A stretch of DNA of 64,000 nt from an uncultured Chitinophagales bacterium. GTDB lineage: Bacteria; Bacteroidota; Bacteroidia; Chitinophagales; S012-47. Shown here piece after piece: positions 29,129-38,911 of this stretch. Both the position numbers and the translations under genes were made by a program. Position 1 is the first letter of the stretch. The number at the start of each line of letters is the position of its first letter. A model generated the notes under the pieces. That model worked only from the letters and a program-made list of their open reading frames with translations, did not search any database and was not told the origin of the DNA. The stretch lies in the NCBI GenBank assembly GCA_964413685.1, contig CAYPSW010000004.1, positions 65,846 to 129,845 of the forward strand, read 5' to 3'.

Positions 29129-30406
29129 TTAAGATAAAATATCTTGGCCGATGTCTTTTCTAAAAAATTTACTTTCAAAATGTATTTTTTTTATATTTTT
29201 AAGCGATGTGTCTATAGCGGTTGAGAGTTTATTATTTAAACTGGTAACGGTCAACACCCGGCCACCGTTGGTTAACAAATTTCCTGATTCGTCAATTCTC
29301 GTTCCTGCCTGAAAAACAATACTATCATCCACTTTATCAATTCCTTCTATCAGTTTGCCTTTCTCGTAAGTTCCGGGATAACCGCCTGAAGCCGCTACAA
29401 TGGTAGAACAAGATCGCGGGTCAAGTCTGATGTATTTTTCGTTCAGAGTACCTCGGTGAATATGGAGAAAGATATCAAGCAAATCACTTTCAATGCGCGG
29501 TATCAGCACCTGGGCTTCGGGATCTCCAAAACGGCAGTTGTACTCAATGACATAAGATTTTTTATTTACTGCCATAAGACCAAAATAAATAATGCCCTTA
29601 TAAATAATTCCATCTTTCTTAAGACCGTTTATCGTTGGCTCAATAATCTGGTCGATAATTTTTAACAGGAAATCATGATCTATAAAAGGAACCGGGCTAA
29701 CTGCCCCCATACCGCCAGTATTGGGTCCTTCATCATTTTCAAAGGCCCGTTTATAGTCTTTGGCAGGAGGCAGAATTTTATAATGTTCACCATCGCTTAA
29801 AACGAAAATGGAGACTTCCCTGCCATCGAGAAATTCTTCAATAACAACCTTCGATCCGGCACCACCAAACTTGCCATTCAGCATGTCTGAAAATCTTGAT
29901 TTTGCTTCTTCATGAGAAGTACAGATCAGAACACCTTTACCTGCTGCCAGTCCATCCGCTTTCAAAACAACAGGTAATGTATGATTGTCAAGATATCGCA
30001 ATCCTTCTTGTAAATGCGTTACATCAAATGCCCGATAAGATGCTGTTGGAATATTGTGACGATGCATAAAAGATTTTGCAAATGATTTGCTACCCTCCAG
30101 CCGGGCACCTTCTGCTGATGGACCTATCACAGGGATATGGGCAAGGGCATCGTGATTTTTGAAAAAGTCGTAGATTCCGGCAACAAGCGGGGCTTCTGGT
30201 CCGGGAATCACCATATCAATATTTTTGTCTATTGAGAATTGAGCGATGCCCTCCAAATCATCTGCGGCCAATTGAATATTTTTACCATGTATTAATGTCC
30301 CTCCATTACCTGGAGCTATATATAATTTCTTACATAGTGAACTTTGACTAAGTTTCCAGGCCAGGGCATGTTCGCGTCCTCCTGAACCGAGCAATAGAAT
30401 GTTCAT
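29129..30406 (-). CDS. purD: phosphoribosylamine-glycine ligase
   Basis: 425 aa. MNILLLGSGGREHALAWKL, ..VVLKADGLAAGKGV.., ..EYNCRFGDPE.. The ATG overlaps the stop of the upstream AAA+ gene (ATGA). Confidence 0.95.
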   Translation of the reverse strand: MNILLLGSGGREHALAWKLSQSSLCKKLYIAPGNGGTLIHGKNIQLAADDLEGIAQFSIDKNIDMVIPGPEAPLVAGIYDFFKNHDALAHIPVIGPSAEGARLEGSKSFAKSFMHRHNIPTASYRAFDVTHLQEGLRYLDNHTLPVVLKADGLAAGKGVLICTSHEEAKSRFSDMLNGKFGGAGSKVVIEEFLDGREVSIFVLSDGEHYKILPPAKDYKRAFENDEGPNTGGMGAVSPVPFIDHDFLLKIIDQIIEPTINGLKKDGIIYKGIIYFGLMAVNKKSYVIEYNCRFGDPEAQVLIPRIESDLLDIFLHIHRGTLNEKYIRLDPRSCSTIVAASGGYPGTYEKGKLIEGIDKVDDSIVFQAGTRIDESGNLLTNGGRVLTVTSLNNKLSTAIDTSLKNIKKIHFESKFFRKDIGQDILS

Positions 30407-33015
30407 TGATTATTATTTTGCTTGAATTTAAAACCGATGCCGGATGGGCTTGCTTCTGTATCGATGACAAAATCATCAACATCATCAAGCGTCAATTCAT
30501 GTATCATGGCCTTAGTCCTTTGATCGGCAGGGACATCGGCCATTCGCAAGTTCTGATTCTTTACTACCTGCCCTACTAGTTTTCTAATCGCTCGTGCATT
30601 TCCAAAATAGCGTGTTCTGTTTTTACAAAGCAATTCAATATATGAGTTTACATGCTCAGCAGCTTCTTTCGATATGCTTAGATTATCTGATGATAGCATT
30701 AGTTTGAAGATCGACATCAACTCGGCCGGATTAAAATCTTCAAAATGAAAAGTTTTATCAAATCGTGATTTAAGACCAGGATTTGAGTGAATAAATTCCA
30801 ACATTTCGGCAGGATATCCGGCTGCAATCACGGCAAATTTACTTCTGTTATCTTCCATTCTTTTTAGCAAAGTTTCAATAGCCTCTCTTCCAAAGTCATT
30901 ATCTCCGCCTTTGGCAAGCGAATAAGCCTCATCAATAAATAATCCACCTCCAATAGCCTGATCAATTTTTTCAGCCGTTTTTATAGCTGTTTGCCCTACG
31001 AATCCGGCAACCAGGCTTTCCCTGTCACATTCTACAACTTGCCCTCGTTCAAGAATTCCTAAAGCTTTATATATACGTACCAATAAGCGGGCAACCGTGG
31101 TTTTTCCGGTTCCGGGATTACCTGTAAATACAACATGTAAAGAGAATGCGCTGTGAATATCCTTTCCGATTTCCCGGTAATATCTGACCAATTTCACCAG
31201 CTCATTAATTTCATTTTTTATTTCACAAAGTCCAATGAGTTTATTCAATTCATCCAGCGTGTCAGTAAGCAGCGCTTCATCAACAGGTAACAATACTTGC
31301 TCCCGGCTCGATTTTTCAAAAATATCTTGTAAATCAGATAAAGTGATTGTACTCAGGCTTTTCTTTGTAAAGGTTTTTCTGTTTTTATCCTTCATCACCC
31401 TAAGACCCATATTCATTTTAGCCTCACTTAGGATGGAATTCACATATCTGGCATTACCAAATTGATTGTTTCTGTCGCGGTATGCATCAACGATGTGCTT
31501 GTACAGTACCGCAAGAGCATTATCTTCAATTTCTACTTCCTGCTTATGGGCTGAATATTTCGCAATTGCCAAGAGTTCATCAGGCGTATAGTCGGGGAAG
31601 ACAATGAAATTATTGAATCTGGATCTGAGGCCGGGATTTGATTGCAGAAAGTCCTCCATCGGGCCCGGATAACCGGCAACAATAACTACTAAATCGCCTG
31701 GACCGTCAGACATTTCTTTTAAAATAATTTCAATAACCTCATGCCCAAAATCTTTTTCATCATCCTTTCTTGACAATGAATATGCTTCATCAATGAAGAG
31801 AATGCCACCTCTGGCTTTTTTTATTTGCTCTTTTACCAAAGGGGCGGTTTGACCTATATATTGAGCCACCAAAGAAGAACGGTCCACTTCGTGCAAATGG
31901 CCGGATGAAAGAATACCTATAGATTTATATATTTTTCCCAGCATTCTGGCTACGGTCGTTTTACCTGTTCCCGGATTACCGGTAAAAACAGAATGTATTC
32001 GTAGATTACCAGATTCTTTGATACCTTTTTCTTTTCGAATCTTCAGAAACTGCAGATAATCAGCATATTCGTGAATGCTTGATTTTACTTCTGTAAGTCC
32101 AATCAGATCATCGAGTTCTTTCACCGCTTCTTCAAATGTTAGTTCCGGTTTTATTTCTGCGGCATGACTTTCTTTATTTGTGCTCGAAAAACTTCTCGGA
32201 GCATCTTCTTTCTGAAATGATTGCCCTATTTTAAAAGGTATAAGTGCTACCAATTCCCCCATAAAAACCAATTCAACGGTATAATTATCCTCAAACCAAC
32301 TTCCCCCTTTGTCACTTCCCCACCCTTCAGTAACCGTATAAGTAAATCCCTTTTTCATCCAGGTAAGGTGTGAAATAACACCTTTCAACTGGCCGGAATC
32401 ATTCACAAAATGGATAAACAATTCGATAGGAACAGGGTTTGAGTCCGAACCAACCTTTGCCACCAATTTTGTTTCTGTCCAGACAAAGCGTGTTGTCTTG
32501 GCATCAAAAGTCTTAACATAGGTTCGATCTTTCTCAACGATTTGCTGGTTTGTTCCCTCGTAAAGTCGCAATGATGTGATGTCGAAATACGGATTATTAT
32601 CTTTTTTTACTGAAGCTATTTCATTCACATAAAATTCTGTTTCCGCAATAAATACCTCGTCAATGTAGGCTTTGTACAAATAGGTACCTTTTTTCCAGAA
32701 TCCACCGATATTTTTATTACCCCAACCTTCACGCACATAGATAATATTTTCTTCCTTTGAAATATGAAGATCCTTTGTAAGGGTGCACAGGGTTATTCCG
32801 CTTTTTTTATCTATTCCGAGAATTTTAATATGGACGTCCCAATCTTCTTCGTCAAATTTTTTATTAAAAAAAGAAAACTCAGCATATAGATAGCTGGTCT
32901 CTGATGCTTCAAAAACCCTTCTATAATCTTTTTGTTTATGAGCAAACCACTGGGTTGATCCGTAAACTTTAAGTTCACGAAATTTCATGCAATCTTTAAT
33001 CTTGGATTCGTTCAT
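30403..33015 (-). CDS. tandem CbbX/SpoVK-type AAA+ ATPase with a duplicated unknown N-terminal domain
   Basis: 870 aa. There are two about 134-aa N-terminal repeats, marked by REGWGNKNIGGFWKKGTY at residues 95-112 and TEGWGSDKGGSWFEDNYT at 229-246. Two AAA+ modules follow. The first has Walker A GNPGTGKT at 346-353 and Walker B ILFIDEAY at about 405-412. The second has Walker A at 632-639 and Walker B LFIDEAY at about 692-698. Each module is followed by AAGYP...NPGL+SRF. Confidence 0.85.
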   Translation of the reverse strand: MNESKIKDCMKFRELKVYGSTQWFAHKQKDYRRVFEASETSYLYAEFSFFNKKFDEEDWDVHIKILGIDKKSGITLCTLTKDLHISKEENIIYVREGWGNKNIGGFWKKGTYLYKAYIDEVFIAETEFYVNEIASVKKDNNPYFDITSLRLYEGTNQQIVEKDRTYVKTFDAKTTRFVWTETKLVAKVGSDSNPVPIELFIHFVNDSGQLKGVISHLTWMKKGFTYTVTEGWGSDKGGSWFEDNYTVELVFMGELVALIPFKIGQSFQKEDAPRSFSSTNKESHAAEIKPELTFEEAVKELDDLIGLTEVKSSIHEYADYLQFLKIRKEKGIKESGNLRIHSVFTGNPGTGKTTVARMLGKIYKSIGILSSGHLHEVDRSSLVAQYIGQTAPLVKEQIKKARGGILFIDEAYSLSRKDDEKDFGHEVIEIILKEMSDGPGDLVVIVAGYPGPMEDFLQSNPGLRSRFNNFIVFPDYTPDELLAIAKYSAHKQEVEIEDNALAVLYKHIVDAYRDRNNQFGNARYVNSILSEAKMNMGLRVMKDKNRKTFTKKSLSTITLSDLQDIFEKSSREQVLLPVDEALLTDTLDELNKLIGLCEIKNEINELVKLVRYYREIGKDIHSAFSLHVVFTGNPGTGKTTVARLLVRIYKALGILERGQVVECDRESLVAGFVGQTAIKTAEKIDQAIGGGLFIDEAYSLAKGGDNDFGREAIETLLKRMEDNRSKFAVIAAGYPAEMLEFIHSNPGLKSRFDKTFHFEDFNPAELMSIFKLMLSSDNLSISKEAAEHVNSYIELLCKNRTRYFGNARAIRKLVGQVVKNQNLRMADVPADQRTKAMIHELTLDDVDDFVIDTEASPSGIGFKFKQNNNQ

Positions 33016-33200
33016 TATTCAAGTTAAATTGTTCTTGGGGTCTAAAATAAAGAATTGATGGTGACACTATAGCTTTCGTTGAAAAATTATTTTTGACAAT
33101 ATAGACTCATACAACCGGTCATGATACAGGAGAATACAGTCATTATGACAGTGAAACCCCTTGATTCGTTCAATTTCTATACTCAAATGTTATTTAGTAT

Positions 33201-33208
33201 TATTTTTG
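33201..33208 (+). promoter_or_regulatory. candidate -7 promoter element (TATTTTTG) for secA
   Basis: Fits TAnnTTTG, 33 nt upstream of the secA ATG. No convincing -33 TTTG was seen. Confidence 0.3.
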
Positions 33209-33240
33209 AGCACTGAGCAGCTAGCACTTAAAAAACTATT

Positions 33241-36200
33241 ATGGCTAATATAATTGCAAATACACTTACCAGCATTTTTGGAGGTAAAAAATCAGACAAG
33301 GATGTTAAAAGCATTCAGCCAATTGTCGTAAAGATTAACGAACATTTTAAGCAGTTGGCAAGCCTGTCTCATGATGAACTTCGAAATAAAACACAACAAT
33401 TTCGGGCGATAATTCAAGAAAAACTTAGTGATATTCAAAGCAAAATCGACCATCTTAAAAAACATACTGATGACGGCAATTTGTCGCTTGCGGAAAAGGA
33501 AGATAATTACAATCAGATTGATAAACTGATAGAACAGAAAGATGAGCAGCTTGAGAAAATATTAAACGATTTATTACCGGAGGCTTTTGCTGTAGTGAAG
33601 GAGACTACCAGAAGATTCAAGGAGAATGAAGAGTTAACATTTACTGCAACTGAGCTTGACCGACAATTGGCCGCTTCACGCGATCATGTCATTATTCACG
33701 ATGACAAAGTGACTTACAAAACTTCGTGGATGGCCGCAGGGAGCATGGTTAACTGGGATATGGTTCATTATGATGTGCAGCTTATTGGTGGTATTGTATT
33801 GCATCAGGGAAAAATTGCGGAAATGGCTACCGGAGAAGGAAAAACCCTTGTAGCTACACTCCCTTGCTATCTGAATGGATTGGCCGGAGAAGGAGTACAC
33901 TTGGTTACGGTCAATGACTATCTAGCAAGACGTGACAGCGAATGGATGGGGCCAATACTTCAATTTCTGGGGCTAACGGTTGATTGCATTGACAATTCAC
34001 AGCCGCACTCACCGGAAAGGAAAGCGGCCTATAATGCAGATGTAACCTACGGGACTAATAACGAATTTGGATTTGACTATCTACGCGATAATATGGCCCA
34101 TTCGCCCGATGACCGTGTACTCCGTAAATTTCATTATGCAATGGTCGATGAGGTTGACTCTGTCCTCATTGATGATGCCCGTACACCGTTAATTATTTCG
34201 GGTCCGGTGCCGAAAGGTGATCAACAAGAGTTTCATAACCTGAAACCAAGAATTGAGAAATTAGTTGAAGCTCAAAAAAATGTAGTCAGTAAGAATCTTC
34301 TGGAAGCAAAAAAAACAATTGATACTAGTAAGAACCTGGAGAAGGAAGGTGGTTTGGCTCTATTACGGGCTTTTCGCGGATTGCCTAAAAATAAAGCTAT
34401 AATAAAATTTCTGAGTGAAGAAGGGGTAAAGCAGAAATTACTGAAAACGGAAGCATATTATTTGCGCGATCAGGAAAAGGAAATGCCTTTGGTTGATGAA
34501 GCGTTGTATTTCACCATTGATGAAAAAAACAATCAGGTTGAAATGACCGACAAAGGTCTTGATTTAATCACCATGGAAGGTGAAGACAAAGATTTCTTTG
34601 TGATGCCTGATGTTGGATCCTTAATTGCCGAAATTGAAAAATCTGATTTGAGTGAAGCGGATAAACAACAAAAGAAAGATGCTGCATTTACTGATTTCGC
34701 CATCAAATCAGAGCGAGTTCACTCAATTGTTCAATTGCTTAAAGCCTATGCACTTTTCGAAAAGGATATCGAGTATGTAGTAATAGATGGTCAGGTGAAA
34801 ATTGTTGATGAGCAGACTGGTCGTATCATGGAAGGCAGACGCTATTCTGATGGATTGCACCAAGCCATTGAAGCGAAAGAAAATGTAAAAGTCGAAGCTG
34901 CCACCCAAACGTTTGCTACTGTGACCTTGCAAAATTTCTTCAGAATGTATCATAAGCTGGCAGGTATGACCGGTACTGCTGAAACAGAAGCTGGTGAGTT
35001 TTGGGAAATTTATGAATTGGATGTGGTTGTTATTCCAACGAATGTTCCCATTATTCGTGACGATAAGGATGATTTTGTCTACCGTACAAAACGGGAGAAA
35101 TACAATGCAGTTATAGAAACCATTGAAGACTTACGGAAAGCAACAAGACCTGTATTAGTGGGAACAACTTCCGTAGAGGTTTCAGAATTATTAAGCCGGA
35201 TGCTCAAAATAAAAGGCATACCTCACAATGTGCTTAATGCCAAACAACATCAGAGTGAAGCTCAAACAATTCAGGAGGCAGGAAAACCCGGACAAGTAAC
35301 TATTGCTACAAATATGGCAGGAAGAGGTACTGACATCAAGATTTCCCCTGAAGTAGTTGCTGCCGGTGGATTAGCCATAGTAGGAACTGAAAAACACGAA
35401 GCCAGAAGAATTGACCGTCAGTTAAGGGGGCGTGCCGGAAGGCAGGGCGATCCAGGAAGTTCTCAGTTTTATGTGTCTCTTGAAGATGACCTTATGCGCT
35501 TATTCGGCTCAGAAAGAATTGCCAAGATTATGGATCGCATGGGCTATAAGGAAGGTGATGTTATTCAGCATTCCATGATTACGAAATCAATTGAAAGGGC
35601 ACAGAAAAAAATTGAAGAAAATAACTTCGGTATAAGAAAGCGTTTGATTGATTATGATGACGTGATGAATTCGCAACGTGAGATGATTTACCAAAGAAGA
35701 AGCCATGCTTTATTGGGTGAAAGATTAAGTGTTGACATTCAAAACACTTTCTACGAATTGGCCGATTCTTTTGTGCAGGATGCTCATAGTTCTCAAGACT
35801 ATGAATTGCTGAAATTAAGCTCGCTTCGTTATTTTTCGCTTGATCTGCCATTTTCAGAGGATGACTTTCTAAAATTAAGCTCTTCTGAACTTACAGCCCA
35901 ACTTTATGATAAAGCTTCAGCACTTTATAGCCGTAAATCGGAAGCTATCAAGAAAATGGCTATGCCGGTATTGGAGGATGTTTACAGAACCCGAAAAGAC
36001 ACAGTTGAATTTGTGGCAGTTCCATTCACCGATGGTGTTAAGGTAGTAAATACCCGGACCAATCTGGAGAAGGTGATAAATACCGGAGGAGATGAGTTGA
36101 TTCGTTCTTTAGAGAAAACGGTTGTATTGGGCATGATTGATGAAGCCTGGAAAGATCATCTCCGGCAAATGGACGAATTGAAGCAATCGGTTCAGGCAGC

Positions 36201-36564
36201 CGTTTATGAGCAGAAGGATCCTTTGCTTATATTTAAATTTGAAGCTTTCGAATTATTTAAAAATATGCTTTATGAGCTTAACCGTGACATTGCTTCCTTC
36301 TTGTTTAAGGGAAATATTCCACTCCAGCAAGGCAATCAAGTACAGCAAGCACGTGCCCAAGAGCGTAATAAGGATGAAGGACTGCAAACCAGTAGAAGAG
36401 ATACTTTTGAACACCAGAATCGGCAAATTGCAGGAAATGCAGGAGAACCGAAAAAACAAAAACCAGTACACGTTGAGAAAGTGGGGCGCAATGATGCTTG
36501 TCCTTGTGGATCAGGCAAAAAATATAAGAAATGTCATGGGGCGCCAAACAGAATTAATGCCTGA
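33241..36564 (+). CDS. secA: preprotein translocase ATPase SecA
   Basis: 1107 aa. MATGEGKTLVATLP (Walker A), DEVDSVLIDDARTPLIISG, and the C-terminal zinc-binding tail CPCGSGKKYKKCHG. Confidence 0.98.
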   Translation: MANIIANTLTSIFGGKKSDKDVKSIQPIVVKINEHFKQLASLSHDELRNKTQQFRAIIQEKLSDIQSKIDHLKKHTDDGNLSLAEKEDNYNQIDKLIEQKDEQLEKILNDLLPEAFAVVKETTRRFKENEELTFTATELDRQLAASRDHVIIHDDKVTYKTSWMAAGSMVNWDMVHYDVQLIGGIVLHQGKIAEMATGEGKTLVATLPCYLNGLAGEGVHLVTVNDYLARRDSEWMGPILQFLGLTVDCIDNSQPHSPERKAAYNADVTYGTNNEFGFDYLRDNMAHSPDDRVLRKFHYAMVDEVDSVLIDDARTPLIISGPVPKGDQQEFHNLKPRIEKLVEAQKNVVSKNLLEAKKTIDTSKNLEKEGGLALLRAFRGLPKNKAIIKFLSEEGVKQKLLKTEAYYLRDQEKEMPLVDEALYFTIDEKNNQVEMTDKGLDLITMEGEDKDFFVMPDVGSLIAEIEKSDLSEADKQQKKDAAFTDFAIKSERVHSIVQLLKAYALFEKDIEYVVIDGQVKIVDEQTGRIMEGRRYSDGLHQAIEAKENVKVEAATQTFATVTLQNFFRMYHKLAGMTGTAETEAGEFWEIYELDVVVIPTNVPIIRDDKDDFVYRTKREKYNAVIETIEDLRKATRPVLVGTTSVEVSELLSRMLKIKGIPHNVLNAKQHQSEAQTIQEAGKPGQVTIATNMAGRGTDIKISPEVVAAGGLAIVGTEKHEARRIDRQLRGRAGRQGDPGSSQFYVSLEDDLMRLFGSERIAKIMDRMGYKEGDVIQHSMITKSIERAQKKIEENNFGIRKRLIDYDDVMNSQREMIYQRRSHALLGERLSVDIQNTFYELADSFVQDAHSSQDYELLKLSSLRYFSLDLPFSEDDFLKLSSSELTAQLYDKASALYSRKSEAIKKMAMPVLEDVYRTRKDTVEFVAVPFTDGVKVVNTRTNLEKVINTGGDELIRSLEKTVVLGMIDEAWKDHLRQMDELKQSVQAAVYEQKDPLLIFKFEAFELFKNMLYELNRDIASFLFKGNIPLQQGNQVQQARAQERNKDEGLQTSRRDTFEHQNRQIAGNAGEPKKQKPVHVEKVGRNDACPCGSGKKYKKCHGAPNRINA

Positions 36565-36604
36565 TAAATAGTCCCTGAACAATAAAAAAGATTTAAAACA
36601 GTAA

Positions 36605-37042
36605 ATGAAACCCATGAAGACTGTGCATCAAAATGTAATGATTCTCACCCTACTGCTGATTTCTCCTGTAACAGTATCTGGACAAACAGGAAATACTAAA
36701 ACTTTTCAGGAGGGACATATCCGGGTTCATGAACCTGAAATGGTCACTGATTTACTGAAAAATCATGCAGAATTTATTGATGAAATTGAAACGATTGACG
36801 GTTATAGAATTCAAATAGCCTCCTTGAAAGATTACCGAGATATCAATTCCTTAAAATCAGATTGCCGATCTAAATTGCCTGCGTATGAGGTTTATACTAC
36901 CTACAAAGCACCTTATTACAAGATACGTCTGGGGGATTATGTAAATTATCTCGATGCTTACAGAGCTTATCAGGAAGTTTTGAAAAAATTTCCGGTTGCT
37001 ATGATTGTGAAAGACAAAGTGAAAATAGCTGAGATTGAATAA
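36605..37042 (+). CDS. SPOR-domain (peptidoglycan-binding) protein
   Basis: 145 aa with a signal peptide. The C-terminal GYRIQIASLKDYRDINSLKSDCRSKLPAYEVYTTYKAPYYKIRLGDYVNYLDAYRAYQEV fits the SPOR repeat pattern. Confidence 0.75.
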   Translation: MKPMKTVHQNVMILTLLLISPVTVSGQTGNTKTFQEGHIRVHEPEMVTDLLKNHAEFIDEIETIDGYRIQIASLKDYRDINSLKSDCRSKLPAYEVYTTYKAPYYKIRLGDYVNYLDAYRAYQEVLKKFPVAMIVKDKVKIAEIE

Positions 37043-38216
37043 CCCGGAAACACTAAAAGAGTTGAGAGAAATTGCCAGTTTCGTTCTTCCGGAGGTACTG
37101 GAAATCAGAAGGCATTTACACAAATATCCTGAACTGTCATTTCAGGAATTTGAGACTTTTTCTTATCTGTCCACTTCGTTGAAAAAGCATGACATACGTT
37201 TTCGGCAGGCAGGTGAAACAGGTATTATTGGTGAGCTAAAAGGAAGAAAGCCTGAAAAGAGAACAATCCTCCTTCGGGCTGACATCGATGCTTTACCCAT
37301 TGAAGAAAATACTACCCTGCCATTTGCATCCAAAACGAAAGGTGTTATGCATGCCTGCGGACATGATGTTCACAGTGCGACCTTATTTGGCACCTTGCTC
37401 ATTCTAAAACATCTTCAAAATTCGTGGGAAGGAACGGTTCGTTTTGTTTTTCAACCGGGCGAAGAAAAACTACCTGGTGGTGCTTTGAAAATGATAGAGG
37501 AGGGTGTTTTGGAAAATCCAACGCCATCCCTGATACTGGCACAACATATTTATCCTGAACTTCCGGCAGGGAATGTCGGGTTTTGTCCCGGTCCTTATAT
37601 GGCATCGGCTGATGAAATATATTTTGATGTGATGGGTAAGGGAGGTCATGCGGCACAACCGGAGAGAACCAGTAACCCGGTTTGGGTAGCTGCCAAATTA
37701 CTGGATGCTCTGCACGATTTACACCTTAGTTTCCAGAATAAACATTGCTTGTTGAGCATCGGAAAAGTGGATGCTCCGGGAGCTACCAATATTATTCCTG
37801 AGTGGGTTCATATGGAAGGTACAGTACGCACCTTTGATGAAACAGTACGCAAGCAATTACATCGGGAAATAGGATCCATCGCTGAGAGGCTTTCAAATAA
37901 ATACGATATCCTGATAAAACCCGAAATCAGAAAAGGATTTCCTCCCTTAAATAACGATCCGGAGATTACTAACAATGCCCGGCTTATAGCCATTGATTTA
38001 ATCGGAAAAGAAAATGTTGCTTCCATTAATCCCCGCTTGACCTCTGAAGACTTTTCCTGGTATGGGCAACAGGTACCGCTTTGTTTTTATCGCTTAGGAA
38101 CGGCTTTCCCCGGCAATGAATCAGCTCCGGGCTTACATACTTCAACATTGAATGTCAATGAGGATGCTATAAGGACAGGTTTGTTACTGTTTGCCGCACT
38201 AGCCATGAATTTGTAA
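37035..38216 (+). CDS. M20-family amidohydrolase (N-acyl-L-amino-acid amidohydrolase/hippuricase-like)
   Basis: 393 aa. A TTG start (37035) is the only start codon before the conserved IRRHLHKYPELSFQEFET motif. Also MHACGHD and GEEKLPGGA. Confidence 0.85.
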   Translation: MNNPETLKELREIASFVLPEVLEIRRHLHKYPELSFQEFETFSYLSTSLKKHDIRFRQAGETGIIGELKGRKPEKRTILLRADIDALPIEENTTLPFASKTKGVMHACGHDVHSATLFGTLLILKHLQNSWEGTVRFVFQPGEEKLPGGALKMIEEGVLENPTPSLILAQHIYPELPAGNVGFCPGPYMASADEIYFDVMGKGGHAAQPERTSNPVWVAAKLLDALHDLHLSFQNKHCLLSIGKVDAPGATNIIPEWVHMEGTVRTFDETVRKQLHREIGSIAERLSNKYDILIKPEIRKGFPPLNNDPEITNNARLIAIDLIGKENVASINPRLTSEDFSWYGQQVPLCFYRLGTAFPGNESAPGLHTSTLNVNEDAIRTGLLLFAALAMNL

Positions 38217-38290
38217 ATTTTCAATAAGCCTGCAGCATGAATTGAATAGTGTTTTCAGTAGCTTATTTGTTGTATCTTTGCTCCCCGATT

Positions 38291-38911
38291 ATGACGGCAC
38301 ACGACAGCCATATTTATCCTATTTTCTCCCAAATTTTGCAAAGGGAAGATAAAGAAATATTGCTTAAACAACGGGCTATAGTTATTTGGATGACTGGACT
38401 TTCCGGCTCAGGAAAAAGTACGGTAGCCAAAGGGCTTGAGAAACAACTACATCACAATGGATTTTTAAGTCAGTTATTGGATGGTGACAATGTTCGGATG
38501 GGCATCAACAATGACCTGAGCTTTACTGAAGATGACCGTCACGAAAATATCAGGCGGATAGCCGAGGTTTCGAAGTTGTTTCTTGATTGTGGTATTATCA
38601 CGATTAATTGTTTTGTAAGCCCAACCAGACAAATCAGAAAAATGGCCGAATCTATTATCGGGAAGAACAACTTTTTCGAAATCTTTGTGCATTGTCCTAT
38701 TGAGATTTGTGAAGCACGTGACGTGAAAGGACTTTACAAAAAAGCACGGGCTGGAGAAATCAAAAATTTTACAGGTATTGATGCACCTTTTGAAGAGCCC
38801 TCAAATGCCCGGGTGATTATAAGCACTGATCTCCAGAGTCCTACAGATTCAGTAAAAGAACTTTACAATTTTATTTTACCATACATTCAATTGGAAAAGA
38901 AAAGAGGCTGA
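38291..38911 (+). CDS. cysC: adenylyl-sulfate (APS) kinase
   Basis: The track ORF starts at GTG 38249. The ATG at 38291 gives MTAHDSHIYP... with the P-loop IWMTGLSGSGKST and LDGDNVRMGINNDL. The stop overlaps the cysD ATG by 1 nt. Confidence 0.9.
   Translation: MTAHDSHIYPIFSQILQREDKEILLKQRAIVIWMTGLSGSGKSTVAKGLEKQLHHNGFLSQLLDGDNVRMGINNDLSFTEDDRHENIRRIAEVSKLFLDCGIITINCFVSPTRQIRKMAESIIGKNNFFEIFVHCPIEICEARDVKGLYKKARAGEIKNFTGIDAPFEEPSNARVIISTDLQSPTDSVKELYNFILPYIQLEKKRG

Noticed and set aside
33060-33072. 13-nt identity (GGTGACACTATAG) to the core of the phage SP6 RNA polymerase promoter, in the AAA+/secA intergenic region.
   Set aside because: The match does not extend into the upstream ATTTA part of the promoter. 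There is no vector-like sequence or phage RNAP gene around it, and the flanks are ordinary intergenic DNA. I treat it as a post-hoc coincidence. It would only matter if assembly contamination were suspected, and the continuous native genes on both sides argue against that.
33121-33216. 31-codon upstream ORF (MIQENTVIMTVKPLDSFNFYTQMLFSIIFEH*) ending 24 nt before secA, considered as a SecM-like regulatory leader.
   Set aside because: An open stretch of about 30 codons is not unusual by chance in this sequence. There is no signal-peptide-like or arrest-motif-like sequence, and I have no evidence of conservation.
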